Assembly (NCBI GenBank): GCA_046759445.1
Contig: JBHICG010000004.1
Location: 32,001 to 96,000 of the forward strand
Direction: 5' to 3'
DNA from: Candidatus Scalinduaceae bacterium
GTDB lineage: Bacteria > Planctomycetota > Brocadiia > Brocadiales > Scalinduaceae
Length of the DNA: 64,000 bases
Shown: positions 60,373-64,000 of the stretch, one piece after another
Layout of the letters: every line of letters begins with the position of its first letter
Position numbering within the stretch: position 1 is the stretch's first letter
Position numbers and translations under genes: made by a program
Notes under the pieces: model-generated
Database searches by the model: none
Seen by the model: only the letters and a program-made list of their open reading frames with translations
What the model was told of the DNA's origin: nothing

Positions 60373-61350
60373 ATGGCTGGTAATCTAAAGGATATAAGTG
60401 CTTTTGTGACAGGTGCTACTGGATTTATAGGATCTCATCTAACCAGGAGACTTGTCCATGAAGGCGCTGAGGTTTCCATAATCGCGAGACCAAATTCAAA
60501 AACATTCAGAATTGATGACATATTGGATAAAATAAGAATATACCGCCTGGATCTTATTGATTTTAATCTGGTTAAACAAGCAGTTAAAGATACGAAGCCC
60601 CAAAAGGTCTTCCATCTGGCAGGACATACTAATGTGGAAAGAGGTTTTAAAACAGCCAATGATTCGGTCAAAGATGTTCAATATACAGTGAATTTGCTTA
60701 GAAGCCTTCAGGATATAGCCCACGATTGTTTCATTTATACCGGAACCTGCGAGGAATACGGTGATAATCCAGCCCCTTTCAGAGAAGACCAAAACCCTAA
60801 TCCTGTCTCAGCATATTCTGCATCTAGGGTAGCCTCAACAGCATATTGTCAGATGTTCCACAAGACCCTTGGATGTCCCATTATTATCTTGCGTCCTTTC
60901 TTTACGTATGGACCATATCAAAAAGCTTCAAGATTTATTTCAAACGTGATTTTATCCGGATTAAAAGGCGAAGTCTTAAATATGACATGGGGGGAACAGA
61001 CGAGGGAGTTTAATTATGTTTCTGATATCGTGGACGGATTCATAAAGGCATCTGTTAATAAAGAGGCCATTGGAGAAATTATCAATATCGGGAATGGTAT
61101 TGAATTTACATTGAAAGAAATGGTTGAAAAAGTATCCGCTATAATGGGAAATCGATTGAAGGTTAAATATGGAGCTTTGCCGTATAGGCCAGGTGAAACA
61201 TGGCATTTTTACTGCGATAATACTAAAGCTAAAAGACTATTGAACTGGGAGCCAAAGATGGACCTGGAAACTGGCTTGAGGATGACTATAGATTGGTACA
61301 CTAAGTTTTATAAGATTTTACTTAAGGAAGAGTCTTGTGAAGGGTGTTAG
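60373..61350 (+). CDS. NAD-dependent nucleotide-sugar epimerase/dehydratase/reductase (extended SDR)
   Basis: VTGATGFIGSHL, HLAG, GTCEEYG, YSASR, LRPF.TYGP, GEQTREFNYV.D, NIGNG. Confidence 0.9.
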   Translation: MAGNLKDISAFVTGATGFIGSHLTRRLVHEGAEVSIIARPNSKTFRIDDILDKIRIYRLDLIDFNLVKQAVKDTKPQKVFHLAGHTNVERGFKTANDSVKDVQYTVNLLRSLQDIAHDCFIYTGTCEEYGDNPAPFREDQNPNPVSAYSASRVASTAYCQMFHKTLGCPIIILRPFFTYGPYQKASRFISNVILSGLKGEVLNMTWGEQTREFNYVSDIVDGFIKASVNKEAIGEIINIGNGIEFTLKEMVEKVSAIMGNRLKVKYGALPYRPGETWHFYCDNTKAKRLLNWEPKMDLETGLRMTIDWYTKFYKILLKEESCEGC

Positions 61351-61735
61351 GTTGATTAAATTAGACAAGAAGGAAGATCATAGAGGATGGTTTCTAAAGA
61401 TATTGATGAATCATCAAATCGAAGGGAAAAGAGAGTTTGGAGAGATATATTTGAGTACTGCGTACCCTGGAGAAACAAAAGGGAATCACTATCATAATTT
61501 TGCAACTGAGTGGTTTTGCCTAATCAAAGGAAAAGCGATTCTTTCGTTAATGGACATAAAAACTAAACAGAAAGAGAATATAATGCTTGGAGAAGAGATT
61601 CCTATGACAATAGAAGTATCTCCACAGATTGCCCATTCAGTAAAAAATCAAGGAGAAGATTCGTTGTTTCTTCTCGCTTACTCTGATACGCCATATGATC
61701 AACAGAACGCTGATAGTATCCCCTTCTCATTATAA
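61337..61735 (+). CDS. Sugar-nucleotide epimerase/isomerase cupin (WxcM / CapF-cupin-like)
   Basis: DHRGWF, FGEIYLSTAYPGETKGNHYH...EWFCLIKG, P.IAH.VKN. Confidence 0.8.
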   Translation: MKGVRLIKLDKKEDHRGWFLKILMNHQIEGKREFGEIYLSTAYPGETKGNHYHNFATEWFCLIKGKAILSLMDIKTKQKENIMLGEEIPMTIEVSPQIAHSVKNQGEDSLFLLAYSDTPYDQQNADSIPFSL

Positions 61736-61755
61736 ATTTTTCTTACAAACCTCCT

Positions 61756-62724
61756 ATGATATCTGTAATTGTTCCAGTTTATAATGGAGAGAAGACAATT
61801 GAGAGTTGTATAAAATCTCTCCAGAATCAGTCCTGTCCCAATGAAACGTATGAGATTATAGTTGTTGATGATGGTTCTACAGACAGTTCACCTAATATCT
61901 TAGAAGGATTAGGCATTAGGTTTATTACTCAGCCAAATAGAGGGCCAGCAACAGCAAGGAACAGAGGTGCTCAAATAGCGAAAGGCAATATCCTGCTCTT
62001 TACGGATGCGGATTGCGTTGCTGATAAAAGATGGATAGAAGAGATGGTTAGACCTTTTAGTAATCCTGAGATAGTCGGTGTAAAAGGTTCGTACAAGACT
62101 TTACAAAAGGAGCTAATTGCCAGATTTGCGCAAGCCGAGTTTGAAGAGAGATATCGACTACAAAAGAGATTTGAATTTATAGACTTTGTTGATTCGTATT
62201 CGGCAGGTTTCAGGAAGGATGTCTTTTTTGAAATTGGTGGATTTGATGAAAGTTTTCCATTACCTGACCATGAGGATGTTGATCTATCTTATAGGCTTTC
62301 CAGAGCTGGAAAGAAGATGGTTTTCAATCCAAAGGCATTTATATATCATCAGCATCCAAACAGTTTGATAAGGTATTTAAGGATAAAGTTTCGGCGAGCT
62401 TTTTGGAGAATGGTCGTTTATAAGAGATATCCAGAAAAAATATTGAAAGACACATACACACCCCCGAATTTAAAATTTCAGGTATTGTTTTTCTATTGTA
62501 TTATATTTTCTTTTTTAGGAGCCTTTTTTAGTTATTATTTTGTATGTATTTTTATAATTGCTCTTCTTCTGTTTTTTTTTACAACTATAAATTTTACATT
62601 AATTATCCTTAAAGATGATATGCGAGTAGGCCTTTTAGCTCCAGTTTTCCTCTTTTTGCGGGCATCTGCCCTTGGTTTTGGTATAATCTATGGGGTAGTT
62701 TTCTGGAAGAATCGTATTACTTAG
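61756..62724 (+). CDS. GT2 glycosyltransferase with C-terminal TM helices
   Basis: SVIVPVYN, VVDDGSTD, NRGPATARN.GA, FTDADC, GGFDESF, EDVDL.YRL. Confidence 0.9.
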   Translation: MISVIVPVYNGEKTIESCIKSLQNQSCPNETYEIIVVDDGSTDSSPNILEGLGIRFITQPNRGPATARNRGAQIAKGNILLFTDADCVADKRWIEEMVRPFSNPEIVGVKGSYKTLQKELIARFAQAEFEERYRLQKRFEFIDFVDSYSAGFRKDVFFEIGGFDESFPLPDHEDVDLSYRLSRAGKKMVFNPKAFIYHQHPNSLIRYLRIKFRRAFWRMVVYKRYPEKILKDTYTPPNLKFQVLFFYCIIFSFLGAFFSYYFVCIFIIALLLFFFTTINFTLIILKDDMRVGLLAPVFLFLRASALGFGIIYGVVFWKNRIT

Positions 62725-62727
62725 TGG

Positions 62728-62860
62728 TAAATACGGTGACGTATTTTAACTGTCATGATATTGAGACTCTTCACTTCGTTTAGAGTGACAGGCGCTGTCA
62801 TTCTGAGGATCGAAGTGACGAAGAATCTCTTGCTCGAAAGACAATACGTAACCGTATTTA
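62728..62860. mobile_element. MITE-like element enclosing TGTCA-type REP palindromes
   Basis: 17/18 inverted repeat TAAATACGGTGACGTATT / AATACGTAACCGTATTTA; internal GAGACTCTTCACTTCGTTTAGAGTGACA and TGTCATTCTGAG...GAAGAATCTC. Confidence 0.65.
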
Positions 62861-62933
62861 TGAAATGTAGTACTTAGTTTTTGTTACTGAAAATATTTAT
62901 AAATATTTTCTATTTTTTGGTGAGATTATTTCA

Positions 62934-64000
62934 ATGATAAATAAAAAAAAATGTATTTCCTGTATGGTCTTCATCTTGTTTGATGTCTTTGGTGTCTATT
63001 CAGCCGTTTATCTAACTTACTATTTAAGGATCCTTTTAAATCCTTTATTTACCTTAAACTTTTCCATTGAGAATATAAGTGATTACTTTATCAATCCTTT
63101 CATTGTAATTATCATATGGGTTATTGTTTCAACACAAAGCGGCTTGTATGATCTGAAAAACATCGGTTCTTTTAAAAATTGGATAAAAACACTAAATGCC
63201 AGCTTTATTACTTTAGTTTTTTTAATAACCATTTCATTTATACTCAAAAAAGAAGAGATATCTAGATCGTTAATAATTTTATTTATTTTTTTTAATATAA
63301 TATCTGTCAGCTTCTTTCGTTTTTTAGGTTGTAAAGTATTATCATGGTTTAAGGAAAAAGGGGTTTGGGGTGAGAGGGTTGCCATAATTGGGGAGAATAT
63401 ACATGTCACAGAAATAGCTCATCTTCTGAGAAAAAGAGGGCGTTTAGGAACTATATTTAGTGGTCACATTACTTTAAATTCAAAAAAACTCAATTTGCCA
63501 CAGAATTTTGACAGTGAACTTGTTTTGGGTAGTATTGACGATGTAGAAAGTATAGTGAGAAAACATAATATTAATAGAGTAATATTTGTTGATAAATCTC
63601 TATCAGAGGAGAAGCTGTTTCCTTTAATTGAGTTCTGTGAAAAACTTAATGTTACCTTTGAGATCTTGCCAGATCTCTATAATCTTACAGCAAGTAAGAT
63701 AAATGATGAGATAGAAGGGATTCCCTTAATACAACTTAGAGGATTTCACTTACCAAGAAGTGTTCTTTTAGTTAAAAGAACACTCGAAACCACGATTAGT
63801 TTAATATTATGCATTTTATTGTTACCTTTTCTTATATTGGTACCTGTTTTGATAAAGTTAGAATCTAAAGGGTCAATGATCTTTAGACAAAAGCGCTATG
63901 GGAAAAATGGAATGATTTTCACATTTTATAAGTTCAGATCTATGGCCGAGGATGCTTATGTTAAAAGGACTGATCTAAAGGAGTATAATGAAAAGGGTGA
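62934..64000 (+). CDS. Polyprenyl-phosphate sugar phosphotransferase (WcaJ/WbaP-like initiating enzyme), 3' end runs off the window
   Basis: Not in the ORF track. Manual translation from ATG 62934 gives N-terminal TM segments, RVAIIG, IEGIPLIQL...VKRTLE...IKLESKG..IFRQKRYGKNG..FTFYKFRSM in the same frame. Confidence 0.9.
   Translation, partial: MINKKKCISCMVFILFDVFGVYSAVYLTYYLRILLNPLFTLNFSIENISDYFINPFIVIIIWVIVSTQSGLYDLKNIGSFKNWIKTLNASFITLVFLITISFILKKEEISRSLIILFIFFNIISVSFFRFLGCKVLSWFKEKGVWGERVAIIGENIHVTEIAHLLRKRGRLGTIFSGHITLNSKKLNLPQNFDSELVLGSIDDVESIVRKHNINRVIFVDKSLSEEKLFPLIEFCEKLNVTFEILPDLYNLTASKINDEIEGIPLIQLRGFHLPRSVLLVKRTLETTISLILCILLLPFLILVPVLIKLESKGSMIFRQKRYGKNGMIFTFYKFRSMAEDAYVKRTDLKEYNEKG

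Noticed and set aside
25395..62860. Palindromic repeats as a CRISPR array or integron attC sites
   Set aside because: No regular repeat-spacer periodicity, no cas genes or integrase, and no consistent RYYYAAC/GTTRRRY ends; they fit REP/MITE architecture.
63083..63409. 108-aa minus-strand ORF near the window end
   Set aside because: Antisense to the plus-strand sugar phosphotransferase that starts at 62934 and runs off the window.

Overview
AT-rich bacterial chromosomal window spanning the replication origin. The gene order (dnaA-oriC-dnaN-DUF721/DciA-gyrB, no recF or gyrA) and the protein styles suggest a planctomycete, plausibly an anammox Ca. Brocadiia; this is inference, not verified. Bases 1-16.6 kb are housekeeping: a partial CNNM/hemolysin-family gene, an aspartate aminotransferase, a small DUF1858-cupin-cupin-DUF2249 operon, glnA directly upstream of dnaA, dnaN, DUF721, gyrB, hxlB-lysC-dapF, yggT, deoC and deoB. 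From 16.9 kb to the window end (at least 47 kb, all on the + strand) lies a very large surface-glycan locus. It holds two UbiA-type polyprenyl-phosphate phosphoribosyltransferases, a DUF362 protein, about nine GT-C-type membrane glycosyltransferases, an O-antigen ligase/polymerase-like protein, four GT2, two GT4, a Wzx flippase, an AsnB-like amidotransferase, two SDRs, a sugar cupin and an initiating sugar phosphotransferase. It also holds eight radical SAM enzymes (four twitch/SPASM, four cobalamin-binding). The best candidate for a new system is a lipid-carrier (polyprenyl-phospho-pentose/hexose) glycan-decoration pathway tailored by radical SAM chemistry, with no DprE1/DprE2 in the window. 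Gaps in the locus hold nested MITE/REP-like palindromic elements and an IS30 remnant. No rRNA, tRNA or CRISPR array was seen.
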